A stretch of DNA of 64,000 nucleotides from Alphaproteobacteria bacterium. Its GTDB lineage: Bacteria; Pseudomonadota; Alphaproteobacteria; MPNO01; UBA2964. Shown here piece after piece: positions 28,562 through 38,155 of the stretch; the stretch's first letter is position 1; each line of letters opens with the position of its first letter. Under the pieces are notes generated by a model that saw only the letters and a program-made list of their open reading frames with translations, searched no databases and had not been told where the DNA came from. The stretch is taken from positions 20,618 to 84,617 of the forward strand of contig JBMYRG010000008.1 of assembly GCA_049602055.1 (NCBI GenBank), read 5' to 3'. The translations under genes and the position numbers were made by a program.

Positions 28562-31363
28562 ATGCTTGACCTGGGACCTCTCGTATTTACCGCCCCCTGG
28601 TTATTGACGGCACTCGCCGCGTTGCCAGTTCTATGGTGGTTACTGCGGGTGACACCGCCCGCTCCATTGGTTCGTGCCTTCCCGCCCTTGCGCTTTTTAC
28701 TCGCGCTACAGCCACAAGAAGAAACACCAGCCAGAACCCCGCTTTGGCTGATTCTGTTGCGCATGCTGATCGCGGCTTTGATCATCCTTGGTCTTGCCCA
28801 TCCGGTATGGAATCAGGGTAAGCAGCTTTATGGAAGTGGACCCCTGATTCTGGTTGTGGACGATGGCTGGGCCGCAGCACCAGCATGGCAAAAACGATTG
28901 GATACAATTGAAAATCTTGTCGACCAGGCAGATCGCGAGGGGCGCGCTGTACGGGTTCTGATGACGGCGAAGCAACCTCGTTCTGGGTCCAGCTATATTA
29001 GCGACCTGATGCGCCCCGCAGAGGCACGTCAGTTACTCCGTCGAATCAAACCCAAACCATGGCCAACAGATCGACGGTCAGCGTTAAATGCCCTCAAAAA
29101 CCTAACAGTGAGCGGTTCAGCACATGTCGCCTGGTTATCAGATGGCTTAAACGATGCAGGCGCTGCATCTCTCATGGATCGATTACGCGAACTTGGTGCC
29201 TTGCGGATTTACCGCGAACCTTCTGTCGCACTAGCAAAGACCCTAACCCAGCCACGGACAGTGACAGGCGGATTGGCCTTTCCGGTCCAACGGGTGACTG
29301 GCCCCCTCAGCAGCTCTGAGGTTCAGGTAAGGCTATTTGATGAAGATGGTCGCCTTTTGGGCCGTGAGAAAGCCTTGTTTGATCAAGAAAAATCGACTGC
29401 TGAAGCCCGTTTTAAATTGCCTCCCGATATTCGTAACCGGGCTGCGAGGGCCGAGATAGAAGGGGAAGACAGTGCCGGTGCTGTGTTTCTCCTGGATGAA
29501 CGGTGGCGACGTCGCCCTGTCGGCATTGCTGTTGGCGGGCTCACCGAAGGATCGGTGCCCCTTTTAAGCGACGATTACTATTTGAAACGCGCTCTCGATC
29601 CTTTTAGCGATGTTAGAACTGGTACGATCAGCGATCTAACAAAACTAAAGTTGGCTATGATCGTATTGGCTGACATCGGGAAACTCAGCAAACCTCAGTC
29701 AGACTCATTGCTTTCCTGGATAAATAAAGGTGGGGTTCTCGTTCGCTTTGCAGGGCCTCGCATGGCCCAGGGCGTTGACCAACTGGTACCGGTACAACTA
29801 CGCGGCGGCGGACGAGCGCTAGGCGGCACGATGTCCTGGACGACACCGGCCAAGCTCATGCCCTTCGAAGATAAAAGCCCCTTTGCCGGTCTCCCAATCC
29901 CTACCGACATCCGAATAAATCGCCAGGTTCTGGCGCAACCCACGCTGGATTTAAACGGCAAGACCTGGGCTCGATTGACTGACGGGACACCCCTCGTCAC
30001 CGCGGAAAGGAATGGAAATGGCTGGCTCGTCCTGGTCCATACCACTGCGAATACCGAGTGGTCCAACCTGCCGCTTTCGGGCCTTTTCGTCGGCATGATG
30101 CAACGTATTGCCGCCCTAAGCCTTGGCGTTAGCGGTGACGGCGGCGCGACCAGCTTCCCTCCACTACAGATAATGGATGGGTTTGGTGTCTTAGGGGAGC
30201 CATCCTCGGCATCCGTTGCCATCCCTGGGAAATCGTTTTCCAAAGCCATTGCGGGACCCAAGACACCGCCGGGGTATTACGGCAAAGGGGAAACACGTCG
30301 CGCGCTTAATTTGGCGTCGTCCGTTCGTAGCCTGTCGCCGTTAATTAATATTCCTGTCGGTGTCGAAACCGTCGATTATACGATCACAACGGGAATAGAT
30401 GCTAAACCGTGGCTGCTGCTCGTCGCACTCATACTCCTGATCGCTGATTTGGTCATAAGCTACATATTGCGCGGCTTGGGTGTCGGCATTGTTTCCACGT
30501 CCACGCCAAAGAGCAGCGCGATCGGCCGCATTGCTGGAATTACCGTTCTGCTTGTCGCAAGTCTTACCTTTTTTGCGTCGCCAACTTTTGCTCAGACGAC
30601 AATACCGTCAAAACCCACATTCTCCCTGGACCCAGAGGAACGATTTGCCCTGCACGCAACATCGGAAACGCGGCTTGCCTATGTGCTCACAAATGATGCC
30701 ACCATCGATTCTGTAAGCCGTGCTGGGTTAGTAGGTCTTACAGACATTTTGCGACGCCGAACTGCCGTCGAAGCGGGGACACCAATTGGCGTGGATATCG
30801 AACGGGACGAGTTGGCGTTTTTCCCGTTACTTTACTGGCCGGTCTCCCTTAGGCAACGTCCCTTGTCCGACAACGCTATCGAAAAACTTAACGCATACCT
30901 GAGAACCGGCGGTACCGTTTTATTTGATACGCGAGAACAATCAAAGCTCACCTTTGACCCCTTTGGGAGTGGTGGTGCCGAGGCCACCAAGCTTCGTTCC
31001 ATGTTGCGCGAGCTTGATATCCCGGCATTGATCCCCGTGCCGACAGACCACGTCATCAACAAGGCGTTCTATTTGCTAAAGGGTTATCCCGGTCGCTGGC
31101 GCGGCGGGACGGTTTGGGTCGAGCGGCGCGGCGGCCGTCACAATGACGGTGTTTCCTCGGTATTAATTGGTAGCAATGATTGGGCCGGTGCTTGGGCAGT
31201 CGACCAACAGGGTTCGCCAATGTTTCCAGTCTCGCCTGATGGTGAACGTCAGCGAGAATTTGCCTACCGGTTTGGCGTTAACTGGGTGATGTATGCCCTG
31301 ACCGGCAACTACAAAACTGATCAGGTTCATGTGCCGTCGATTATTGAACGTCTTGGGCAGTAG
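28562..31363 (+). CDS. BatA N-terminal anchor + vWA-like + DUF4159 membrane protein
   Basis: N-terminal LPVLWWLLR.TPP..FP.LRFL (BatA), VDDGWAA; C-terminal FFPLLYWP, GGTVLFD, SNDWAGAWA, YALTGNYKTDQVH. Confidence 0.85.
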   Translation: MLDLGPLVFTAPWLLTALAALPVLWWLLRVTPPAPLVRAFPPLRFLLALQPQEETPARTPLWLILLRMLIAALIILGLAHPVWNQGKQLYGSGPLILVVDDGWAAAPAWQKRLDTIENLVDQADREGRAVRVLMTAKQPRSGSSYISDLMRPAEARQLLRRIKPKPWPTDRRSALNALKNLTVSGSAHVAWLSDGLNDAGAASLMDRLRELGALRIYREPSVALAKTLTQPRTVTGGLAFPVQRVTGPLSSSEVQVRLFDEDGRLLGREKALFDQEKSTAEARFKLPPDIRNRAARAEIEGEDSAGAVFLLDERWRRRPVGIAVGGLTEGSVPLLSDDYYLKRALDPFSDVRTGTISDLTKLKLAMIVLADIGKLSKPQSDSLLSWINKGGVLVRFAGPRMAQGVDQLVPVQLRGGGRALGGTMSWTTPAKLMPFEDKSPFAGLPIPTDIRINRQVLAQPTLDLNGKTWARLTDGTPLVTAERNGNGWLVLVHTTANTEWSNLPLSGLFVGMMQRIAALSLGVSGDGGATSFPPLQIMDGFGVLGEPSSASVAIPGKSFSKAIAGPKTPPGYYGKGETRRALNLASSVRSLSPLINIPVGVETVDYTITTGIDAKPWLLLVALILLIADLVISYILRGLGVGIVSTSTPKSSAIGRIAGITVLLVASLTFFASPTFAQTTIPSKPTFSLDPEERFALHATSETRLAYVLTNDATIDSVSRAGLVGLTDILRRRTAVEAGTPIGVDIERDELAFFPLLYWPVSLRQRPLSDNAIEKLNAYLRTGGTVLFDTREQSKLTFDPFGSGGAEATKLRSMLRELDIPALIPVPTDHVINKAFYLLKGYPGRWRGGTVWVERRGGRHNDGVSSVLIGSNDWAGAWAVDQQGSPMFPVSPDGERQREFAYRFGVNWVMYALTGNYKTDQVHVPSIIERLGQ

Positions 31364-31375
31364 GAAACGAATGGC

Positions 31376-33442
31376 ATGATCACCATCGATTTCTCACCAC
31401 TATTCCCCTGGGCGATCCTAATTACGCTCGCCATACTATCGACCGTACTGTTGGGTTATGGGATATACCGTCGCGCCCGCGGCATTGCCTGGCGCTCCGC
31501 CGCTCTGGTCGGTCTCTTGCTTGCGTTATCCAATCCCGTCGCCATTGAGAAAGATCGCGATGCAAAACCCGATATACTGGCCGTTGTCGTCGATGATTCG
31601 ACAAGCCAAAAACTAGGCAATCGACCCGCTGTCTCAGCCGATGCCTTATCCCATATCGAAAAAACCGTCCCCAATCTGCGGAATATCGAGTTACGCGTAA
31701 TTAGGGCAGGCGCCTCTGATGCAGCGCGTGGGCCAGTAGATGGCACCCGGCTCTTCAAGGCCCTGGAACGTGCGACGGCGGATATTCCACAATCGCGCAT
31801 GGCCGGCACAATCTTTATTACAGATGGCCAGGTACATGACGTTCATGATGCCAACGCAGGGGATTCGCTAGCCGGGCCCGTTCACGTACTTCTGACCGGT
31901 AAGCGCAAGGAATTTGACCGCCGGATTATTATAAAGAGTGTCCCGAAATACGGCATCGTCGACAAGGAGGTCGAACTTACGATCCGAATTGACGACACGC
32001 AAACACCTGAAGATAATGTGCCCGTATCGATAGTGCAGGACGGCGGCCCTCCCAAACAGATCAGCGTACCTATAGGGCGCGACCATACCGTCAAAGTGAT
32101 ATTAGGTCATGCAGGCGCTAACATCCTCCAACTGGAGGTGCAAAGCGTCCCTGGCGAATTAACACCGATAAACAATCGAGCCGTTGTATCAATAAACGGT
32201 GTCAGGGAACGACTCCGCGTGCTGCTTGTTTCTGGGGAGCCTCATCCCGGCGAACGGGTTTGGCGGAACCTGCTAAAAGCTGACCCCTCCGTTGACCTCG
32301 TGCACTTTACAATCCTGCGCCCGCCAGAAAAGCAAGACATGACACCTGTCAGGGAACTGTCGCTTATCGCATTTCCCATCCGCGAGCTCTTCGAAGTCAA
32401 ACTAAATGACTTTGACCTCGTCATTTTTGACCGCTACCGCCGTCGCGGCGTGCTGCCGTCGATTTATATCGACAATGTCTCCCGCTATGTAGAAAACGGT
32501 GGTGCCGTGCTCGAAGCCGCAGGACCCGAATTTGCCGGAAACGAGACGTTATATCAGTCACCGTTGGGTCGTATTCTTCCTGGTGAACCCACCGGGGTCG
32601 TCCTGACAGGCGGGCTCCGCGCTAAACTTACCAAAACCGGACAACGGCACAGTGTGACGGCCGATTTACCAGGCGCCGGGATCGGCGAAGAACTTCCACG
32701 CTGGGGAAAATGGTTCCGGCAGGTTGAGGTTATCAAACGCAGCGGCAGAACGCTTATGAGTGGCACGTCTGGCAAGCCAATATTAATCGTCAACCGGGTT
32801 CAAAAAGGCCGTGTCGCCCAGCTGATGAGCGACCAAATCTGGTTGTGGGCCCGCGGATTAGGCGGCGGCGGCCCGCATGCTGAATTGCTGCGACGTCTCG
32901 CGCATTGGCTCATGAAAGAGCCTGAGCTCGAAGAGAACGCCTTACGGGCACAGATGGAAGGCAACAAGCTGGCAATTACGCGGCGCAGCGTTGATCCGGA
33001 TACAACACCCGTTGAAGTGACCATGCCTTCCGGACAAACAACGTCTGTGACGCTAACCTCTGGGGCGGGTGGACGAGCCAAAGCCCTGATCCCAGTTGCA
33101 GAAACAGGGATCTATAAAGTCACGGATCGCAATCGTACAGCCCTGGCTGCCGTCGGCAATCTTAATCCTTTGGAATTTTCGGATATGAGGACGACGGATC
33201 GGCGGTTCCGCGCCCTGAGTAAAGCGACCGGCGGTGGCATTATATGGATGGAAGACGGCGCACCTGATCTTCGCCGCGTCAAACCCGAACGGGCCTCCGC
33301 TGGACGCGATTGGTTAGGCCTTCTCGACAACCAAAACTTTGCGGTTAAGAGCGTCCGCGAAGTACCATTGCTACCGGGTTTCGTCGTCCTTCTTCTTGCC
33401 CTCGGGACATTGCTTATGGCTTGGCGCGCAGAGGGCCGTTAG
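31376..33442 (+). CDS. Membrane protein with vWA-like and class I glutamine-amidotransferase-like domains
   Basis: N-terminal TM helices, VDDSTSQ, FITDGQVHD, GEPHPGERVWRNLLK, DLVHFTILRPP; C-terminal TM. Confidence 0.8.
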   Translation: MITIDFSPLFPWAILITLAILSTVLLGYGIYRRARGIAWRSAALVGLLLALSNPVAIEKDRDAKPDILAVVVDDSTSQKLGNRPAVSADALSHIEKTVPNLRNIELRVIRAGASDAARGPVDGTRLFKALERATADIPQSRMAGTIFITDGQVHDVHDANAGDSLAGPVHVLLTGKRKEFDRRIIIKSVPKYGIVDKEVELTIRIDDTQTPEDNVPVSIVQDGGPPKQISVPIGRDHTVKVILGHAGANILQLEVQSVPGELTPINNRAVVSINGVRERLRVLLVSGEPHPGERVWRNLLKADPSVDLVHFTILRPPEKQDMTPVRELSLIAFPIRELFEVKLNDFDLVIFDRYRRRGVLPSIYIDNVSRYVENGGAVLEAAGPEFAGNETLYQSPLGRILPGEPTGVVLTGGLRAKLTKTGQRHSVTADLPGAGIGEELPRWGKWFRQVEVIKRSGRTLMSGTSGKPILIVNRVQKGRVAQLMSDQIWLWARGLGGGGPHAELLRRLAHWLMKEPELEENALRAQMEGNKLAITRRSVDPDTTPVEVTMPSGQTTSVTLTSGAGGRAKALIPVAETGIYKVTDRNRTALAAVGNLNPLEFSDMRTTDRRFRALSKATGGGIIWMEDGAPDLRRVKPERASAGRDWLGLLDNQNFAVKSVREVPLLPGFVVLLLALGTLLMAWRAEGR

Positions 33443-33454
33443 CCCCCCTTTTTA

Positions 33455-34102
33455 TTATGATGCTCGCCGCAATCGCAGGGTAGGCGACCATTTTGGCTTT
33501 CTCATATGATCACCAAAAGACAGAGACATAATATTAAAGCTGATACTCATCCGGTCATCGCCTGAATGATTGGCTGGGACACCGTGCGTCAGCCAGGCCG
33601 GAAATATAATCAGCCTGCCGACTTTTCCCTCCATCGACACCTCATTTCCGGTATAGATATTGTCTTCCTTAACCGACGGTGAAACTACCGAAGCCTGCGG
33701 CCTCGGATCTGAAAAGAAAATTCTGTCTGATCCTTCTCCGGTTTTGACGTAATAGACCCCCGACAGATAATTGTTGGGATGAGTATGGGGCGTGTTAATA
33801 CCGCCGACAGGGTTGATATTGGCCCAACATCCCGTGATCTCAAAAAGCTTTTCAATTCCTAAAAAATTCAACGCCCCCTTAACAGATGTTCCGATCAGGG
33901 CAATTATTTCGGCAAACTCTTCGAACTCATACAGATCGGTATCAGTCTGGAACGTTCCCTCTGGGGGCACAATTGGACAGTGTTCAATAAGGGATGCGAG
34001 CCCAGCTTTGATTTCCTTATTCACCGGCACAAAGACTTCCTCGACAAAATCGACGACCCAAAGAGGTGTCGGAAATAAGTCATGAATGTTTGTTTCTGGC
34101 AT
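33455..34102 (-). CDS. TIGR02466-like putative 2OG-Fe(II) oxygenase
   Basis: LFPTPLW, WANIN, HTHPNNYLSGVYYV, FPAWLTHGV, RMSISFN. Confidence 0.8.
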   Translation of the reverse strand: MPETNIHDLFPTPLWVVDFVEEVFVPVNKEIKAGLASLIEHCPIVPPEGTFQTDTDLYEFEEFAEIIALIGTSVKGALNFLGIEKLFEITGCWANINPVGGINTPHTHPNNYLSGVYYVKTGEGSDRIFFSDPRPQASVVSPSVKEDNIYTGNEVSMEGKVGRLIIFPAWLTHGVPANHSGDDRMSISFNIMSLSFGDHMRKPKWSPTLRLRRAS

Positions 34103-34160
34103 TTAGTTTTTTTGAACGCTTTCCGAAGTTGAAAATTTACGCGTAATGCACGTTTAGAGA

Positions 34161-34781
34161 TTAATTATTCCATCGCAACGACTCCGGCATGAAGTAAAGC
34201 TGATCCTGACCATCTGGTGCCTGACGATGACAATCGGCGCAGAACCGCTTTTTAGAAGAACCCGCTCCGTTCGTAACTCCAACGACCTCGCCATTTGGTT
34301 CATTCACCACAAAGAGCCAGTCTTTTGATCGCGGATTAAATCCCTGCTCCCTTTTTTCCAATAGAAACATGGGGCCCGACATAACCTCGCCCGTCTCAGT
34401 CACGGCGAAGCTGTCTTTGACAATAATCGCCCCTTCGGGAAACGGCTTTTCGGATTGAAAGATTCCATAGTCCCGCGCCAGGTCATTGGCGTAATGATTA
34501 ACGAAGCGTTGACCATGGACAGCAGATCGGTCCGGTTCCCTATTCGGCCGCCGCCAACTCTGAAAGGATGCTGTCACAGGATTTCCCAAATTCATATATT
34601 GCCGACGCAGTGTATCTTTTATGGATTGATATTCCGCCTTTGCCCGCGCACCACTCAGCATTGCCGGGTCAGCAACCATCATATGCGTGCCCGTTGTTAA
34701 CGGTCGCTCATCCGCTTTAAGTGATAACCCTATGAATGCCATTCCAAGTCCGGCAATGCAGGTGGCCCAGCGAAACACCAT
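34161..34781 (-). CDS. Cytochrome P460 / c'-beta family periplasmic protein
   Basis: Signal peptide, FPEGAIIVKDS, DWLF, single C-terminal CADCH heme motif. Start moved to ATG 34781. Confidence 0.75.
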   Translation of the reverse strand: MVFRWATCIAGLGMAFIGLSLKADERPLTTGTHMMVADPAMLSGARAKAEYQSIKDTLRRQYMNLGNPVTASFQSWRRPNREPDRSAVHGQRFVNHYANDLARDYGIFQSEKPFPEGAIIVKDSFAVTETGEVMSGPMFLLEKREQGFNPRSKDWLFVVNEPNGEVVGVTNGAGSSKKRFCADCHRQAPDGQDQLYFMPESLRWNN

Positions 34782-35051
34782 GCTCTTCCGTCCTCTTTGT
34801 GCCACCGCAAAACAAAGTGATGAGAAAGAACGGGGCCGGACCAAATAGGACCGAAACCTGCGAGGTACAGACCGGTTACCTGTGAGGGGCTGGTCCATAC
34901 GGTCGATCATCCGGAATATCACGTGGGGCTTGGGAAACTGATCTCCGTACCAGGCGGCGATCTGATCTAACAGTTATGGGCCAGACAGCCCGCTACGACC
35001 AATCAAATAGGCTTCAATTCGGTGTTACTTGCCACAGCGCCCTTCAAACAA

Positions 35052-35076
35052 CAATGGCGCCACGTGGGCGCCATTG
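35052..35076. terminator. Hairpin downstream of first dctM (probable terminator)
   Basis: CAATGGCGCC-acgtg-GGCGCCATTG perfect 10-bp stem; U-tract weak. Confidence 0.6.
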
Positions 35077-35102
35077 CGTGATCGAATCGAGCTTTTTTAT
35101 GG

Positions 35103-36416
35103 CTATCCCATAAGGCTGGGCAACCAGAGGGCTATCTGAGGCCACTGAACCATCAACAGAATCAAAATGGCATCACATACTAGGAACGGGAAGGCCGAAG
35201 CCGCCACCTGATACAAGGTGGTGCCTTTCGGCGCCACACCCAGCATAACGTATAACAAGAGCCCGAATGGCGGTGTCGTCCCCGCCATTTCAAATGTCAT
35301 GAGCACGAACAGGCCGAACCAGATCAGATCGAAACCGAGCTGTTCCGCAAGCGGGAAAAAGATCGGCACTGTGATCAACATCATTGAGGTTGCATCCATA
35401 AACATGCCGAGGGCAATCAGGATGAAGAACATCAACAATAGAATCCAATATTTGGATATCTCAAAACTAATCGCCCATTTGAGAAGTCCGGCACTCGCCC
35501 CGGAAAAAGCCAGAAGCTGGCTAAAGACCGTTGAACTCATAATGATAAAGAACACCATTGCACCGACCTTTACGGTCGCTTCCACAGCAGTCTTTATCGC
35601 CGTGAAGGTCAGAACCCGAAAACCAATCGCCACAATGATGACACCGAATACGCCGAAGGCAGCGGCTTCCGTCGGCGTCGCCCAACCGAGAATGATGAAG
35701 CCAACCACCATAAAGACAATAATGCCCATCGGCAGGATGTTGATACAAACCAGTTTAATGCGTTCCCCGATCGACGGCATTTCAACATCATAGGCAGGAG
35801 CCGATTCAGGGTTCATCTTGAGTTGTATCAAGATCATGATCGAATACAGACCCGCCAAAAGGAAGCCCGGAATAAAGCCCGCGATCAAGAGTTTGCCAAC
35901 ATCGATACTGGCAACCGATGCCAGTAGAACGCCCAGTGCCGACGGTGGTATGATCATAGCCAGACCGCCCGTCCCCAGGATTGGTCCCATCGACATTTGC
36001 CAATTATAGCCGCGCTTTTGCATCTCCGGGACCATCAAGGAACCGAGCATCGCCGTATTCGCCATGCTGGAACCAGTCAATGTCGAGAACAGGGAACCAC
36101 CGGCAACTGTCAGGAAACATAAGCGTCCGGGCAGTTTTCCAAACAGAACGTCCAGCCCGTCGAACACCCTGATGGCCAGCCCTGTATGGAAAAACAGAGC
36201 CCCCATCATAATAAACATCGGGACTGGCCCGAGGGTAAATCGCGTTATCAACTGCGTTGAATTATCTGCGATCTGAATCCAGCCGGACGTACTGCCGTAG
36301 AAAATAATAACGCCGATAATGTTGGTAATAATGAATGTGAAAGCGACAGGAACGCCCAGCGCCATGAAAAAGATGACCATCCCTATAAGGGTGGCAAGAG
36401 CCCAATACCATTCCAT
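35103..36416 (-). CDS. dctM: TRAP transporter large permease (system 1)
   Basis: PMFIMMG, GTGGLAMIIPPS, LLIAGFIPG, ATPTEAAA, GMFMD, TPPFG. Confidence 0.95.
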   Translation of the reverse strand: MEWYWALATLIGMVIFFMALGVPVAFTFIITNIIGVIIFYGSTSGWIQIADNSTQLITRFTLGPVPMFIMMGALFFHTGLAIRVFDGLDVLFGKLPGRLCFLTVAGGSLFSTLTGSSMANTAMLGSLMVPEMQKRGYNWQMSMGPILGTGGLAMIIPPSALGVLLASVASIDVGKLLIAGFIPGFLLAGLYSIMILIQLKMNPESAPAYDVEMPSIGERIKLVCINILPMGIIVFMVVGFIILGWATPTEAAAFGVFGVIIVAIGFRVLTFTAIKTAVEATVKVGAMVFFIIMSSTVFSQLLAFSGASAGLLKWAISFEISKYWILLLMFFILIALGMFMDATSMMLITVPIFFPLAEQLGFDLIWFGLFVLMTFEMAGTTPPFGLLLYVMLGVAPKGTTLYQVAASAFPFLVCDAILILLMVQWPQIALWLPSLMG

Positions 36417-36928
36417 CAGACGTTTTCCCGTTCTTGAATTGATTGACTATACATATCGTCTATCCCCACCAAAAACCGGCAGAACTCTATTGCGCACATA
36501 AAGAAGCAAAACGGCATGGGTACAAAAAGTATCCAGATTGGAATTTCGAAGCTCCGCATATCCAATTCACCGGAAATCAAAGATTCCTGCAGTAAAATAA
36601 CCAGGTGATACCCATAGATGCAGCAACCAATGATACAGAGCACATAGACCAATTTCGCAACCGCTGTTTTTATAACCGGCGGCAGAAACTGAGTTACGGC
36701 ATCAATAAAAACGTGGCCCTTTATGCGCAGCAGATAAGGTGCGGCAAGCATCGTGAACCACAGCAAGATATATTCGACCGTCGTTAGAATGAAAATAAAT
36801 GGCTCTAGGCCGGTAATACGCATGAGCACATCAACGACAATCATGACGAAGGCCGCGAATATCGCGATACCCGCCAATCCCGCCATGCCATGCAGTAGTT
36901 TGTTATATGCATTAATGATTATATTCAC
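36416..36928 (-). CDS. dctQ: TRAP transporter small permease (system 1)
   Basis: Four TM helices, DVLMR, EY, GHVFID; coupled to dctM. Confidence 0.9.
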   Translation of the reverse strand: MNIIINAYNKLLHGMAGLAGIAIFAAFVMIVVDVLMRITGLEPFIFILTTVEYILLWFTMLAAPYLLRIKGHVFIDAVTQFLPPVIKTAVAKLVYVLCIIGCCIYGYHLVILLQESLISGELDMRSFEIPIWILFVPMPFCFFMCAIEFCRFLVGIDDMYSQSIQERENV

Positions 36929-37105
36929 GGTAGAATCCCCGCCTGTTAAATTTTATTGCCTCTATTAAGGACGAAAACGAACAAGGACTCAACGGCTATA
37001 ACAATAATATGGCTTTTATCATATTTGAAAAATTATTCCGCTATTGAAGAAAGAGAAATTAAGCGCTTAAACTGGATGAGAAATCAGATTGGCGGAGCCA
37101 CTGCG

Positions 37106-37942
37106 ATGTCAGTCAAAATCACCCCTCTCTCCCCTGCTATCGGTGCCGAGATTCATGGTGTCGATTTAAGCAAACCAGTCTCAGCCGACGTTCAACAGAT
37201 ACTTCTCAGGGCCTGGCACGAAAACGTGCTCATTCTGTTTCGCAATCAAAACATTTCAGATGACGAATTATTGTCCAGCAGTGACTGGATTGGCCCGCTT
37301 GGCGCGCGATCACGGCCGACAGACCGACGCCCGGAACCTGACCCCTACATCATGCTGGTCTCAAATATACGTAAAAATGGAGAACTCATCGGTTCCTTGC
37401 CGGATGGTGAAATGTGGTTTCATCATGACATGGCGTTTGTGGATGTCCCGCACAAAGCTACTTTCCTCTATTCAGTTGAGGTCCCGAAAACTGGCGGCAA
37501 CACAAAGTTCGTTAATATGTATAAGGCCCATGACATTCTTCCAGACCGCTTAAAAAAAGCTCTGGAAGGCAAACGCGTTATGCAAATTTTTGACTATAAA
37601 GAGACCAGCCAGCCTGATCTGAGCGAGTTAGACAAAGTCAAACATGCCTGGCACCCAGCCGTGGTGCAGCACCCCGATACCGGTCGAAAAGCGCTTTATG
37701 TGAATCGGCTGATGTCTGCGACGTTTGATGGGATGCCTCATGACGAGGCGAAGGCCCTTATTGCGGAAGTCATCGCCTATGCCGAAGACCCTTCGATCAT
37801 TTACGAACATATTTGGCAGCCGGGAGATTTCTTGGTCTGGGACAATCGTTGCTCAACCCACGCCCGCACGGACTTTCCACCGACGGAGCGCCGTCTGCTC
37901 AAGCGCGGCATGTTAGAAGGCGCGCCGTTGATCGCAGCATAG
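37106..37942 (+). CDS. TauD/TfdA-family 2-oxoglutarate-dependent dioxygenase
   Basis: IGAEIHGVDL, WFHHD (HxD), GGNTKF, HPAVVQHPDTGRKALYVN, WQPGDFLVWDNRCSTHAR. Start moved to ATG 37106. Confidence 0.92.
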   Translation: MSVKITPLSPAIGAEIHGVDLSKPVSADVQQILLRAWHENVLILFRNQNISDDELLSSSDWIGPLGARSRPTDRRPEPDPYIMLVSNIRKNGELIGSLPDGEMWFHHDMAFVDVPHKATFLYSVEVPKTGGNTKFVNMYKAHDILPDRLKKALEGKRVMQIFDYKETSQPDLSELDKVKHAWHPAVVQHPDTGRKALYVNRLMSATFDGMPHDEAKALIAEVIAYAEDPSIIYEHIWQPGDFLVWDNRCSTHARTDFPPTERRLLKRGMLEGAPLIAA

Positions 37943-37980
37943 TGATCTAGAGTCCCACCTCACATTGGCCAATTTTATTA

Positions 37981-37995
37981 TGGCCTTACAATTGC
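37981..37995 (+). promoter_or_regulatory. Possible sigma-54 (-24/-12) promoter or symmetric operator upstream of dctP
   Basis: TGGCCTTACAATTGC has GG-N10-GC spacing; it is also part of the palindrome ATGGC-N9-GCCAT. Confidence 0.35.
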
Positions 37996-38155
37996 CATAT
38001 TTGATTCTTACCGTTTAGGGGTACTTGATCATGAAGTCACACAAGCACGCTGCCCTACGAACAAAATCGAATATTGACAAAATTGTTACCGGCGGGTGAA
38101 GTGTCTGCGCTGATATCCTACTATTAGATAGAAGAAGAGTTAAGGGAGAGAATTT

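Noticed and set aside
37964-37973. ATTGGCCAA(T) palindrome upstream of dctP1, also at 51897-51905 before dctP copy A
   Set aside because: Only 9 shared bases, absent before copy B and at different distances; could be chance.
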